38,298 nucleotides of DNA from a virus (Duplodnaviria; Caudoviricetes). The notes under the pieces are model-generated. The model searched no databases and was not told the origin of the DNA. It worked only from the letters and a program-made list of their open reading frames with translations. The position numbers and the translations under genes are program-made. Position 1 is the stretch's first letter; each line of letters begins with the position of its first letter. This document shows positions 17,038 to 25,082 of this stretch, in pieces. The stretch is from positions 1-38,298 of the IMG/VR virus record IMGVR_UViG_3300043039_000107; one strand, written 5' to 3'.

Positions 17038-17601
17038 TTAAAATGCTTTATCAGAACGCTGTGTTGCAGGGGCTTGTGGCGGTGCAGTAGGTTGTTCTGT
17101 AGTAGTCCCTTCTTCACTCCCCTCTTGAGGTTCAACATGTACAACTTCAGTCTCAATTTGTTCAAATTCATCATTAGGCGCACTATGCTGATATACAATA
17201 TGCTTCACCAACTGAATCCGCATCAAAACTGATACCAATTTCGTAGGATCTTGTTTTGACTCATACTGATAAATACGAATATTACCGATTGAACCGTTTC
17301 CGATAGTATTCGGATCTACAGGCTGTAGATTACCATCTACTACATCCGGGGCTTCTCCTTCTGTTCCATCAGCTCTATATTTACGTTTACGCAGATTCAC
17401 TTTGTAAAACGGTTTAGCATCATCTTCATCCGGAATAACTGCGCTTACTCTTAAACCGAGCTCTTCCCATTCTTTCTTTTGCTCCTTACTAGTAGTTCTA
17501 ATCTGAGCTTCCCAAGATGGATTATTTTTGTCAAATCGTGCATTAGGACGTTTCGGATCAAGTTTAGTATACCAGAGTTCTGCATTTTTAATTATAGCCA
17601 T
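17038..17601 (-). CDS. single-stranded DNA-binding protein (T7 gp2.5-like)
   Basis: IGNGS.G...L..IQLVKHI pattern, acidic C-terminal tail ending in Phe, located in the replication module. Confidence 0.75.
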   Translation of the reverse strand: MAIIKNAELWYTKLDPKRPNARFDKNNPSWEAQIRTTSKEQKKEWEELGLRVSAVIPDEDDAKPFYKVNLRKRKYRADGTEGEAPDVVDGNLQPVDPNTIGNGSIGNIRIYQYESKQDPTKLVSVLMRIQLVKHIVYQHSAPNDEFEQIETEVVHVEPQEGSEEGTTTEQPTAPPQAPATQRSDKAF

Positions 17602-17639
17602 ACGTATAAATCCTTTAAAAATTTAATCAATAAGATCGG

Positions 17640-17659
17640 TTAAGGGTTAATTCAACGGG
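17640..17659 (-). promoter_or_regulatory. putative phage-RNAP promoter, motif A copy 2
   Basis: Identical to 3897-3916; 38 nt upstream of the SSB start. Confidence 0.72.
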
Positions 17660-17672
17660 TTCAAGGTAAATT

Positions 17673-17873
17673 TTAATCGCAATCTTGAAATGCTGTATCC
17701 CAATCTTGTGGTGTAAGCCCTGTCTTTATAAATTCACGCTCATCAGCAGAAAGATTAGGCATAGCTTTTTGGATTACTAGCCCATTACGCCAAGCTTCAA
17801 GTTGTTTATGTGTAACATTTATTTCCATCGAATTTTCTTTACCAGTAAAGGGAGATATCCGAGTGATTAGCAT
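17673..17873 (-). CDS. small phage hypothetical protein
   Basis: IQKAMPNLSADEREFIKTG, a pattern recalled from many phage proteins. Confidence 0.75.
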   Translation of the reverse strand: MLITRISPFTGKENSMEINVTHKQLEAWRNGLVIQKAMPNLSADEREFIKTGLTPQDWDTAFQDCD

Positions 17874-18299
17874 TTAATTATTCCTAAGAGGTTGAGTTTC
17901 ATTGATAGACTTTTGAACATTACAGCATTTATCTGCAATTTGTCTAGGAATATAATATGAAGGTCCTCCTGCATTACTAATAATATCTAATATAAATACA
18001 TATTGACCTCCGCATACATATTCAGCGATATCATAACTACAATATGTATTTAAAAGATTATCCCATTCATTAGTATCATGGTTGATAACATGTGTAGGAA
18101 TTTCCTTTAAATCATCGAGAGTTTCGATATAATACACGTCACCCCCAAAATAAGTTTCGAATTCAAATTCTCCAGCAATATCTTCAGACAGTCTAAACGC
18201 ATTTACAGTATCTTCAATCTCCGCTTGCAAGTCAGATGGCACATTATCAATTACCTCATGTAAGAATTTGAACTGTTTCATATTGTTACCTAATACCAT
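17874..18299 (-). CDS. hypothetical protein
   Basis: 141-aa ORF; true start may be MKQFKF. Confidence 0.7.
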   Translation of the reverse strand: MVLGNNMKQFKFLHEVIDNVPSDLQAEIEDTVNAFRLSEDIAGEFEFETYFGGDVYYIETLDDLKEIPTHVINHDTNEWDNLLNTYCSYDIAEYVCGGQYVFILDIISNAGGPSYYIPRQIADKCCNVQKSINETQPLRNN

Positions 18300-18489
18300 A
18301 GTCAGAAGGGTTCAACTGAAATGTTGCTAGCTGTCTGATATCATTTACTAAATCTTCATTTTGTTGTAGATCCAGGTTATCTCCAATAGGTACCTCTGTA
18401 AAAGCTATATTATTTAACATGAGTGCTTTTGTAGTTGCAACTATTGCAACAGTATCACCTTCTTGTGCATGTAATATCACTAGTACCAT
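18286..18489 (-). CDS. hypothetical protein
   Basis: 67-aa ORF; GAGGA RBS. Confidence 0.65.
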   Translation of the reverse strand: MVLVILHAQEGDTVAIVATTKALMLNNIAFTEVPIGDNLDLQQNEDLVNDIRQLATFQLNPSDYGIR

Positions 18490-18499
18490 TTTATATCCT

Positions 18500-18718
18500 C
18501 TAGAGTGTATTTGTTATAATTTCAGCTTTGACTTCTATCTTCAATTGTGCTCCACACTTTTCGCAATAGATTAATCTATCATGTATTCCTGCGAGAACTG
18601 AAAGAGGTGCGTGTTCAGCCTTATACATATTGAAATTATTTGGACCTGTGTTTGAAACTATAACAATTGGATTAAAACAAGAATTACATACTACTACTAC
18701 TGAATCGTAACAATCCAT
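18500..18718 (-). CDS. zinc-ribbon protein
   Basis: CNSC...CEKC; TAAGGAG RBS. Confidence 0.7.
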   Translation of the reverse strand: MDCYDSVVVVCNSCFNPIVIVSNTGPNNFNMYKAEHAPLSVLAGIHDRLIYCEKCGAQLKIEVKAEIITNTL

Positions 18719-18727
18719 TTCATCTCC

Positions 18728-20983
18728 TTAACAGAAACAATACTCAGAATCTAATACTAAAGATAAATCTAAATTACCCAATACTACATTGCTCGTATCA
18801 CCTCCTATATACTTCATTATTTGAGTCAAAGGGTCATGTTTATATAACTCAACAAATGTTTCTCTGACTATTCTAAATAATGTCGGCATATCAGCCAAGA
18901 GACAACCAAAGGAATCATGAATAGTTGTTACAGGAAAATCACAAGCATTTGTGATCATAGTTAAATGTGCAGCATCTAAACTATGGATTGCATTTGGACT
19001 TGCTCCTTGTGATTGTTTTCTTTTTGATGGGATTGGTTCTTCGATGAAACAAACGTTGAGTTGCAATGTATTGTCATAATAACCAGAACTGTTTCTTTCT
19101 CCTCTTGGAGGACCATATTGTACATATACTTTTTTAATCTTTCCTTCCACATAATTTTGAACTACAGGAAAGTCTGTTACAGGTACAATCCAAGATAGGA
19201 ATTTCCCATCTGCTTCTGCTTGTTTTCCTGCTTGTTCAAAGACTGATAACAATTGCATTGGTCTTTTTAATGAAATACGACAATCTTCAAATACTTCACG
19301 ACCTAGAAAGGCACCCCATTTATGTTCCATATAGAGGAGTTGATCTATGCCATGTTTCTTTGCATCATCTATTTGTTGCTGACCCAAACCATATGCAGTT
19401 CCACCATATGGGAGTGTCATAACATTTCGCTTAACAATTTTCCTTTTGTGTTTGGCATCTGTAATTCGCATCCAATAAACAATAGAAGGTTTGTCACCTA
19501 ATTGTTTACCTTGTTCTTTCAGCAATTTAATATCATCAACTAGAGCTTGTCTTAATTCACTTCCTGATGGCTCATTATGGATTTTAATTTTTAATTCCAT
19601 CAAAGCATCAATAAACTCATTACATTTATTGATATCTTCAATAGGTATTTGCAAATATGCCTCATTTAATCGTTCCCAAACATGATCTGCGATATACTTG
19701 TAAAGATCTCCTGGAAGTGTTTGTGGAATTAAATTAACATGTGGTGCTGTCACTTCATCTTTAGTTAAAGCTGTAAGATGTTGTGAACCATTGTTAGAAC
19801 CGTCAATATAAGCTTCTAAATGGCTTTTATAAGAGTAGTCTTCAAATGGATTGTCAGGATCACCATTTATATATTGCCATTCACGTAATTTCTTTAATTC
19901 AAAACATGCGGCAAGAAATTGCCATGGTTTGTCCGCATCCATCCATCCTTGATGTATCTTAGGGGCTTCTGCATAAGATAATAAAATTTCTTCATTATCC
20001 ATTGCCCATAAATATCTATCTTTCAAAGGGATTTTATCAGTCTTGGCACCATCCTCTCTGCCTGCATCTCCAGCCCAGTTCGACGCAATGCTTACCATTA
20101 GACAGAAGAAACCCTCTGCTCCAATTGATTTACAGTCTTTTCGTAATAGTAGACCTCTAGCTAGATCTGACCCTTGTTCATGCAGATAAGCAGTCGAAGG
20201 ATACTTACGACCTCTAAAATCATAATAATATAAATGATAAAAGGTCTTGTTTAAAAATCTTTGAGCGATAGACCCAATTGCTTTTGCTTCTCTAAGTTTT
20301 GTGGTCTTAGCTTCAGGGTTTTGAGCATCCCAGATTTCAGAGAAGGCTCTTGTTTTATTACGTAAGGCCCATAAGTGAATGTTAAAGATTTCTTCATTTA
20401 TTTGCCAGCCTACTGATTGCGATTTATTAAGACTATTAAAGATTAATGGATGTGTCTTTGGATGTAGGATGTTTAATACATCTTTATTTTTTGTTTTAAC
20501 AATTGGTATTCCAGTTTCATGTTTAGATGTTACCCAGGGTGCATAAGGTGTCAATGAAGGCAATTTTTCATTTACATCTGCATCAATATTATTCCAAAGA
20601 TCATGGAGACAATCATCATCCAACATTTGAATGATATAACTTGCATGCCTGTTTTTACCCTGTCCTAGGATAACTTGTAGAATTTGAAATAGTTCAAATG
20701 AATACAATAGAAATGCACCTGTCTTTACTGCTACAGATGAATTTCGCTTTTGTCGAAGTTTATTTCTTACTGCGTGTCCTACGGCGGAAGCCACTTCAAC
20801 TAAATAAATTGTGTTATGTGAACTACCTTTTTTAGCTCGTGTATATAGATACACAGTTGCAATTACATCATCGATATACTCCTCTGGCGTAAATTTCTTA
20901 AGAAACTTTATAGGATTTTGCGGTGCAATTTCAGTATTTAATCGTTGTGTTATAGATTCAATCAATTGTGCACGCATTTGCAT
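18728..20983 (-). CDS. single-subunit T7-like DNA-dependent RNA polymerase
   Basis: DFRGRKY, PWQFLA, motif A DGSNNGSQH, motif B KRNVMTLPYG, PNAIHSLDA, motif C IHDSFG; start more likely ATG 20983 or 20977 than TTG 21052. Confidence 0.95.
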   Translation of the reverse strand: MQMRAQLIESITQRLNTEIAPQNPIKFLKKFTPEEYIDDVIATVYLYTRAKKGSSHNTIYLVEVASAVGHAVRNKLRQKRNSSVAVKTGAFLLYSFELFQILQVILGQGKNRHASYIIQMLDDDCLHDLWNNIDADVNEKLPSLTPYAPWVTSKHETGIPIVKTKNKDVLNILHPKTHPLIFNSLNKSQSVGWQINEEIFNIHLWALRNKTRAFSEIWDAQNPEAKTTKLREAKAIGSIAQRFLNKTFYHLYYYDFRGRKYPSTAYLHEQGSDLARGLLLRKDCKSIGAEGFFCLMVSIASNWAGDAGREDGAKTDKIPLKDRYLWAMDNEEILLSYAEAPKIHQGWMDADKPWQFLAACFELKKLREWQYINGDPDNPFEDYSYKSHLEAYIDGSNNGSQHLTALTKDEVTAPHVNLIPQTLPGDLYKYIADHVWERLNEAYLQIPIEDINKCNEFIDALMELKIKIHNEPSGSELRQALVDDIKLLKEQGKQLGDKPSIVYWMRITDAKHKRKIVKRNVMTLPYGGTAYGLGQQQIDDAKKHGIDQLLYMEHKWGAFLGREVFEDCRISLKRPMQLLSVFEQAGKQAEADGKFLSWIVPVTDFPVVQNYVEGKIKKVYVQYGPPRGERNSSGYYDNTLQLNVCFIEEPIPSKRKQSQGASPNAIHSLDAAHLTMITNACDFPVTTIHDSFGCLLADMPTLFRIVRETFVELYKHDPLTQIMKYIGGDTSNVVLGNLDLSLVLDSEYCFC

Positions 20984-21048
20984 TCCTACCCTTTTGTTAT
21001 TCGTGCTAAGACAGATACTACAAAAGACCATAACATAATAAACACCAC

Positions 21049-21171
21049 TCAAATACTCCTTTTATCGATACATAGGATTACACTTATAATACAACAAATA
21101 CTATAAGGGAGTGGTGTGAATAGACAGAGGAGAGCCATTACGATACAGAAATTATATAAAGATTGTTTCAT
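21049..21171 (-). CDS. 40-aa Cys-rich hydrophobic peptide
   Basis: AGGAG RBS; MKQSLYNFCIVMALLCLFTPLPYSICCIISVILCIDKRSI. Confidence 0.55.
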   Translation of the reverse strand: MKQSLYNFCIVMALLCLFTPLPYSICCIISVILCIDKRSI

Positions 21172-21194
21172 AATAGCTCTCCTATCGCAATTAA

Positions 21195-21401
21195 TTATTT
21201 CGACTTTTTATTTTCTTTTAAATAAGTATATAGATAAATAATAGCCGATGCAATAAACGTATAGAAGAAAACAGTTGATATGATGGTGGTCGTTAGAATG
21301 ATGCTCCCGAACAGTTGGGGTGCGCCTAAGACAGCTAGGATAAGGATTATTGTAAACGCTATATAAGAACGTTTTAAAGCAAGTTTAAAGATTTGATTCA
21401 T
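21195..21401 (-). CDS. two-TM membrane protein (likely start MNQIFK)
   Basis: Hydrophobic hairpin with APQLFG; GAAGGTG upstream. Confidence 0.65.
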   Translation of the reverse strand: MNQIFKLALKRSYIAFTIILILAVLGAPQLFGSIILTTTIISTVFFYTFIASAIIYLYTYLKENKKSK

Positions 21402-21855
21402 ACTTGTCACCTTCTTCCTCTTTGGCAGGTTTGATAAATTGAGTATACAGCCATACAATTCCATATGTTATCAGATAAGAAATTGTAAAGGTTAACAACG
21501 CAGGTGTAATTATAATGAAGTGACCGAATAACACTGTAGGTGCGAATATTAAACCACCCAGTAAGAGACATGCAAATATAATGACTAAATATTTAAGGTG
21601 CCACATGAGAGATGATCTTTTCCGCAACTCAATAATTTTCGGCTGATTCTTCAAGAAATATTTACCTTTAAGAAGACTCGAAGCAATCGATAGAGATATA
21701 CCTATAATTGTCCATACGATCACCACCATAAAAGATCCTGCAGTTACATACATTATGCCAAGGAAAGAAGGCGCAGTGAAGATGACAAACAAAAAGCCGA
21801 TTACACCGAATATTAGACCAGTTTTAAGACTCTTTTTTAATACGTTACTAAACAC
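21385..21855 (-). CDS. four-TM membrane protein
   Basis: Four hydrophobic segments; GTG start after AGGGAG. Confidence 0.7.
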   Translation of the reverse strand: MFSNVLKKSLKTGLIFGVIGFLFVIFTAPSFLGIMYVTAGSFMVVIVWTIIGISLSIASSLLKGKYFLKNQPKIIELRKRSSLMWHLKYLVIIFACLLLGGLIFAPTVLFGHFIIITPALLTFTISYLITYGIVWLYTQFIKPAKEEEGDKYESNL

Positions 21856-21894
21856 AATTATCTCCCTTGAGAAAGCCAATGATAAAGGTTTGAT

Positions 21895-22044
21895 TTAATA
21901 TTCTATACCATGTGCATCTAAGATATTACGTAGTCTGTCTAACTCTTTTATCGCATTTTGGTTTGCCTCCCTTCTTTTCATTTCTTTTTTCATTTTCAAC
22001 ATGCACTCAGGGCAATCACAGTAAGGGTGATGCATATCCTTCAT
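21895..22044 (-). CDS. 49-aa protein with HHPYCDCPEC metal-binding motif
   Basis: AAGGAG RBS; ATGA overlap with the upstream stop. Confidence 0.6.
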   Translation of the reverse strand: MKDMHHPYCDCPECMLKMKKEMKRREANQNAIKELDRLRNILDAHGIEY

Positions 22045-22220
22045 ATAAGATACTCCTTCTGTAATCCTATAATTACCCCTCGCATTTGACTGAGACTTAA
22101 TTCTTTATGTTTCTTCTTAATTATCCTACCAATGGTAGTACCTGCATTTTCGAAATCACCATTTTCAAGATATTCGCTAAGTAGCTCCGGTAATTCTTCT
22201 TTGAAGATATCTATTGCCAT
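22041..22220 (-). CDS. 59-aa hypothetical protein
   Basis: MAIDIFKEELPELLSEY...; fills the gap and overlaps both neighbours. Confidence 0.6.
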   Translation of the reverse strand: MAIDIFKEELPELLSEYLENGDFENAGTTIGRIIKKKHKELSLSQMRGVIIGLQKEYLI

Positions 22221-22711
22221 ATGATAGTTCCCTTCTGACGCCCGTGTTTAAGTGCCAGTTGCAGATCACCACACCAGATATCTACTGAATTAGTATATCT
22301 GGCATTCATAATATCATTTACTACAAATACGCCATAACCTTTGATAATTACTTTTGTTCCATAGCCTCCTATGATATTAAGAAGATCTCGGCTAATTGCA
22401 ATTCCACCGGGTCTAACAATTTCATTACTTGCTGTGATATATGGCGTTGAATCTGTTTCACGTATACGACTTGTATATGCTGTGATTTCTACCTCCTTTG
22501 AGAAAAATGGTTTATCAATATCCCATTCAGGGATTATGTCACTGAGTATCGATTTATAGCGATTAAGTTTTTCATTGAAGTGTGGGGCTGCAGATACATT
22601 AGTGTTTACCGCAGCCCCTGTATCTTTAGGCTTAACCTTGTCTAAGTTAATCGGAAAAATAATTAAGCACAATAGAAATACTAATATTGGATATTTCATT
22701 TGGTTATCCAT
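22211..22711 (-). CDS. 3D (Asp-Asp-Asp) domain protein with N-terminal membrane anchor, putative lytic transglycosylase
   Basis: ITAYTS...ITAS...IAISRD...YGT...VNDIM...VDIW; hydrophobic N-terminus. Confidence 0.8.
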   Translation of the reverse strand: MDNQMKYPILVFLLCLIIFPINLDKVKPKDTGAAVNTNVSAAPHFNEKLNRYKSILSDIIPEWDIDKPFFSKEVEITAYTSRIRETDSTPYITASNEIVRPGGIAISRDLLNIIGGYGTKVIIKGYGVFVVNDIMNARYTNSVDIWCGDLQLALKHGRQKGTIIWQ

Positions 22712-22959
22712 TTTTTCCTCCTGAAGAATTTTAGGACAGACTTAATAATTGATTTATGTTCAATACTATCTGGCAAAGAGTAGCTCAAATCTCTAGCGGT
22801 AAATAAAAGCATCTGGAGGTCATCTAGCTGTTGTGTATATTCTTGAAGTGTCATTTGTTCCTTACGAAGCTTACGTGACATTTCAAGGATATGTGAATTC
22901 ATTGATATCAGGATACCTTCACGGACCAATTCTTCGTTACACTTCAAGGGTTTACTCAT
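22696..22959 (-). CDS. hypothetical protein
   Basis: 87-aa ORF; GGAGGT RBS. Confidence 0.7.
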   Translation of the reverse strand: MSKPLKCNEELVREGILISMNSHILEMSRKLRKEQMTLQEYTQQLDDLQMLLFTARDLSYSLPDSIEHKSIIKSVLKFFRRKKWITK

Positions 22960-22970
22960 AATTACCTCCG

Positions 22971-23180
22971 TTAAAAACCTAAGTACCTTCGATAGACTTG
23001 TTTACTAAGCTCATTTTTACAGTCTTCTGCAACTTGTAGACATTCATTTGCAGCTTCCCAAGTTTTCTTAAGTTGCATTCTTTGTCTTTGAATAGTAAGA
23101 TGTTGTACCAAAGATAACCCTGCGAATGAGATTGCAATTAAGAGTAACACAAAGTTAGTAATTTTTAATTTCTTTTCCAT
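22971..23180 (-). CDS. membrane-anchored coiled-coil protein
   Basis: N-terminal TM segment; GGAGG RBS; TAATG overlap. Confidence 0.65.
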   Translation of the reverse strand: MEKKLKITNFVLLLIAISFAGLSLVQHLTIQRQRMQLKKTWEAANECLQVAEDCKNELSKQVYRRYLGF

Positions 23181-23512
23181 TATTTCCTCCCTGTGATAGA
23201 GTCTAGTTCAGCTAAGTTACCAAGTACTGCAGCGATATCTTGGTTATAGGCTGCTTGATAAAGCCGATCGATTACTTGATGGACATCTTCAAATAATTTT
23301 CTCTTACATAAAGCCTGAACACCTTCAAATGTACTGTCGAAGGCATCTCGTGAACTTTTAAATTTAATTCCAAGAGTAACCCGATATTGATATTCTACGG
23401 TATCCCTGGCGTGATAATCCGGTCTTGAATATAATTTAGCATCGAGGACGTCTGGCGGACATATTTCAGTAAATCGTATTCCAGTACTTATGAGCTTAAA
23501 CTCTGTTGGCAT
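23180..23512 (-). CDS. hypothetical protein
   Basis: 110-aa ORF; AGGGAG RBS. Confidence 0.75.
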   Translation of the reverse strand: MPTEFKLISTGIRFTEICPPDVLDAKLYSRPDYHARDTVEYQYRVTLGIKFKSSRDAFDSTFEGVQALCKRKLFEDVHQVIDRLYQAAYNQDIAAVLGNLAELDSITGRK

Positions 23513-23526
23513 GATAATTCTCCCTG

Positions 23527-23547
23527 GCCCCTCTGAGTAAGAGGGGC
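23527..23547. terminator. intergenic hairpin
   Basis: GCCCCTCT-gagta-AGAGGGGC, same stem as 3075-3103; no U tract on the minus strand. Confidence 0.4.
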
Positions 23548-23563
23548 TATTTGAAAGTTAAAA

Positions 23564-23791
23564 TTAAGCTTCCTCGTAGTCAACAATAACATGATTATTA
23601 TCGATCTGGCAATGAAGCAAAGTACCATCCTCAAGTTCCTCTAAATATTCACGCTGGAGAATATCAGAGGGGCGCAGCTCAACAGGAATATTAAAACCAT
23701 GAGCAAACACTTTACCATTACGAACTTCAGCAGTACAAACAATTGCCAACTCCTTCGAGGTAGACGCAAACGGTATTGTCATGGTGGGCAA
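23564..23791 (-). CDS. hypothetical protein, start uncertain
   Basis: 75-aa ORF; no clear RBS at the TTG or ATG; an internal AAGGAG precedes an in-frame ATT. Confidence 0.55.
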   Translation of the reverse strand: MPTMTIPFASTSKELAIVCTAEVRNGKVFAHGFNIPVELRPSDILQREYLEELEDGTLLHCQIDNNHVIVDYEEA

Positions 23792-23807
23792 ATGCCATTA
23801 AAAAATC

Positions 23808-23873
23808 GGCTAACCAGTCGTTGCACGCGGACTGGCCAAACTGCGGCCAGTCCGGTGAACTCAGTCGTTATAT
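23808..23873 (+). mobile_element. integron attC-like recombination site (59-base element), single, no integrase in window
   Basis: R'' GGCTAAC, 5-nt spacer, L'' GTT[G]CAC[G]CGGACTGGCC, loop AAACTGC, GGCCAGTCCG-GTGAAC L', 6-nt spacer, R' GTTATAT; two extrahelical bases. Confidence 0.8.
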
Positions 23874-24026
23874 GTCGTAAAATTCATGGCTCGTGTATTT
23901 GCACGGGATTACCCCATGCAAAACGTGCAGGAAGGCAAGCACAGCCTGACGCACGGCCTCCCTTAATGCTTTTTTTGCTACGGCAAAATTCGCCATCATG
24001 TGCTTAAAATAGGTCATCTTATACAT
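23868..24026 (-). CDS. 52-aa protein whose stop codon lies inside the attC R' box
   Basis: AGGAGG RBS; MYKMTYFKHMMANFAVAKKALREAVRQAVLAFLHVLHGVIPCKYTSHEFYDI; TYFxH...HxxHGxxP loosely recalls DUF6356. Confidence 0.7.
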   Translation of the reverse strand: MYKMTYFKHMMANFAVAKKALREAVRQAVLAFLHVLHGVIPCKYTSHEFYDI

Positions 24027-24063
24027 GATTGCCTCCTATATTAGAGTTATATTTTCTTGCTTC

Positions 24064-24088
24064 CATATAAGATACCATATTTTCCGCA
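24064..24088 (-). promoter_or_regulatory. putative early promoter, motif B copy 2
   Basis: TGCG-N9-GTATCTTATATG at the lysis/early boundary, 37 nt upstream of the first small gene. Confidence 0.6.
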
Positions 24089-24094
24089 TTTTTT

Positions 24095-24117
24095 AGTCCC
24101 TCCGAAGAGGGACTTTT
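24095..24117. terminator. hairpin with cUUCGg tetraloop (minus) after the endolysin
   Basis: AGTCCCTC-CGAA-GAGGGACT; the following T run is on the plus strand only. Confidence 0.55.
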
Positions 24118-24119
24118 GG

Positions 24120-24446
24120 TTAAACTTTACGTTGAAAATGGGGTTTATCTTTAAAGGAGTTCCAGTTACCACCCCAAGAGTTCAATGGATCGAGCTGTTC
24201 CCAGTAATCACCAAGTTCTTGAGGGTAACACAGTACACCACTTTTAGTAAAGTGAAGATCAGCGGCACACTTTTTGAGGTGCATGCTATTCATAGTTTTA
24301 GAACGACCCGCCTTGACATAAATCCTTTGCTGATCGATCGTTCTAAAGATTTCACCAATACGAACTTCATAACCTAAGTTATGAGCATAAGTTAGTAGGT
24401 CCACAAGATTACGAGTGAACTTTTCTTGATGTTTTCCTAGAGTCAT
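24120..24446 (-). CDS. endolysin, peptidase M15 family
   Basis: RT..QQ, SMH...AAD and WGGNW..FKD.PHFQ zinc-peptidase motifs. Confidence 0.9.
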   Translation of the reverse strand: MTLGKHQEKFTRNLVDLLTYAHNLGYEVRIGEIFRTIDQQRIYVKAGRSKTMNSMHLKKCAADLHFTKSGVLCYPQELGDYWEQLDPLNSWGGNWNSFKDKPHFQRKV

Positions 24447-24988
24447 TTTTGTTTACCTCCTAATGTATTTCGGAGTAATTCATCTTTTACTTCATCCTTA
24501 CCTTGAGACGACTTACTTGAACCATAAAAGAATGCAATAATTTGAGACACAATTGTACCAAGTAAGAAACCAAGAATAGTATCAGCGAAACGCACATTAG
24601 CATCAGGTATAGTACAAAATGTAATAGCAGCCACATAGATAATAGCAGCGAGTGACCAGACACAAGCAAAAATATAAATGAAGCGCTTAGAGAACTTATC
24701 GTCTTGCTTGAGTGCTTCAGTTTGCATCGACCTAGCTGATTGTGTATCTTGGATATACATCTCTTTAATAGATTTTGCCAGTTTGTCATCTTCTTGCCGA
24801 AGGCGGATAAGTTCTTCTTCATGATCCATCTCGAATTGTTTGAGTTTTAGATAATCTGCATCCGATAGTTTTTCTTGATCCAGGTCTACACCTGTTTTGT
24901 TTTTAATCCAACTCTTACCTTTAGCTAGAGCAGCATTTCCAACTAGATCAAGACCTTTTGCTATTAGCGGCATGAGAAAGGGTAACAT
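24443..24988 (-). CDS. holin-like membrane protein
   Basis: D..SAR.MQ followed by two TM segments and FFYGSS; ATGA overlap with the endolysin. Confidence 0.7.
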   Translation of the reverse strand: MLPFLMPLIAKGLDLVGNAALAKGKSWIKNKTGVDLDQEKLSDADYLKLKQFEMDHEEELIRLRQEDDKLAKSIKEMYIQDTQSARSMQTEALKQDDKFSKRFIYIFACVWSLAAIIYVAAITFCTIPDANVRFADTILGFLLGTIVSQIIAFFYGSSKSSQGKDEVKDELLRNTLGGKQK

Positions 24989-25082
24989 AGATATCCATTC
25001 CTTTTAATTAATACTATAGTTAATATAACTATAAATAATACCTGAGAGTAGGTATAGATTAGGGTAATATAGGGGACAGCTC

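Noticed and set aside
21049-21051. Stop-codon reassignment suggested by hydrophobic sequence continuing past TGA
   Set aside because: Long genes are uninterrupted in the standard code, and TAA, TAG and TGA all end well-coupled genes.
22042-22053. Third GTATCTTATATG match to motif B
   Set aside because: Lacks the TGCG half and is explained by an RBS plus ATGA gene overlap.
23699-24007. 102-aa plus-strand ORF
   Set aside because: Reads through the GC-rich attC and is antisense to two better-supported genes.
24095-24114. N4-type hairpin promoter
   Set aside because: The loop is 4 nt rather than the 3-nt N4 loop, and no N4-like virion RNAP is in the window.
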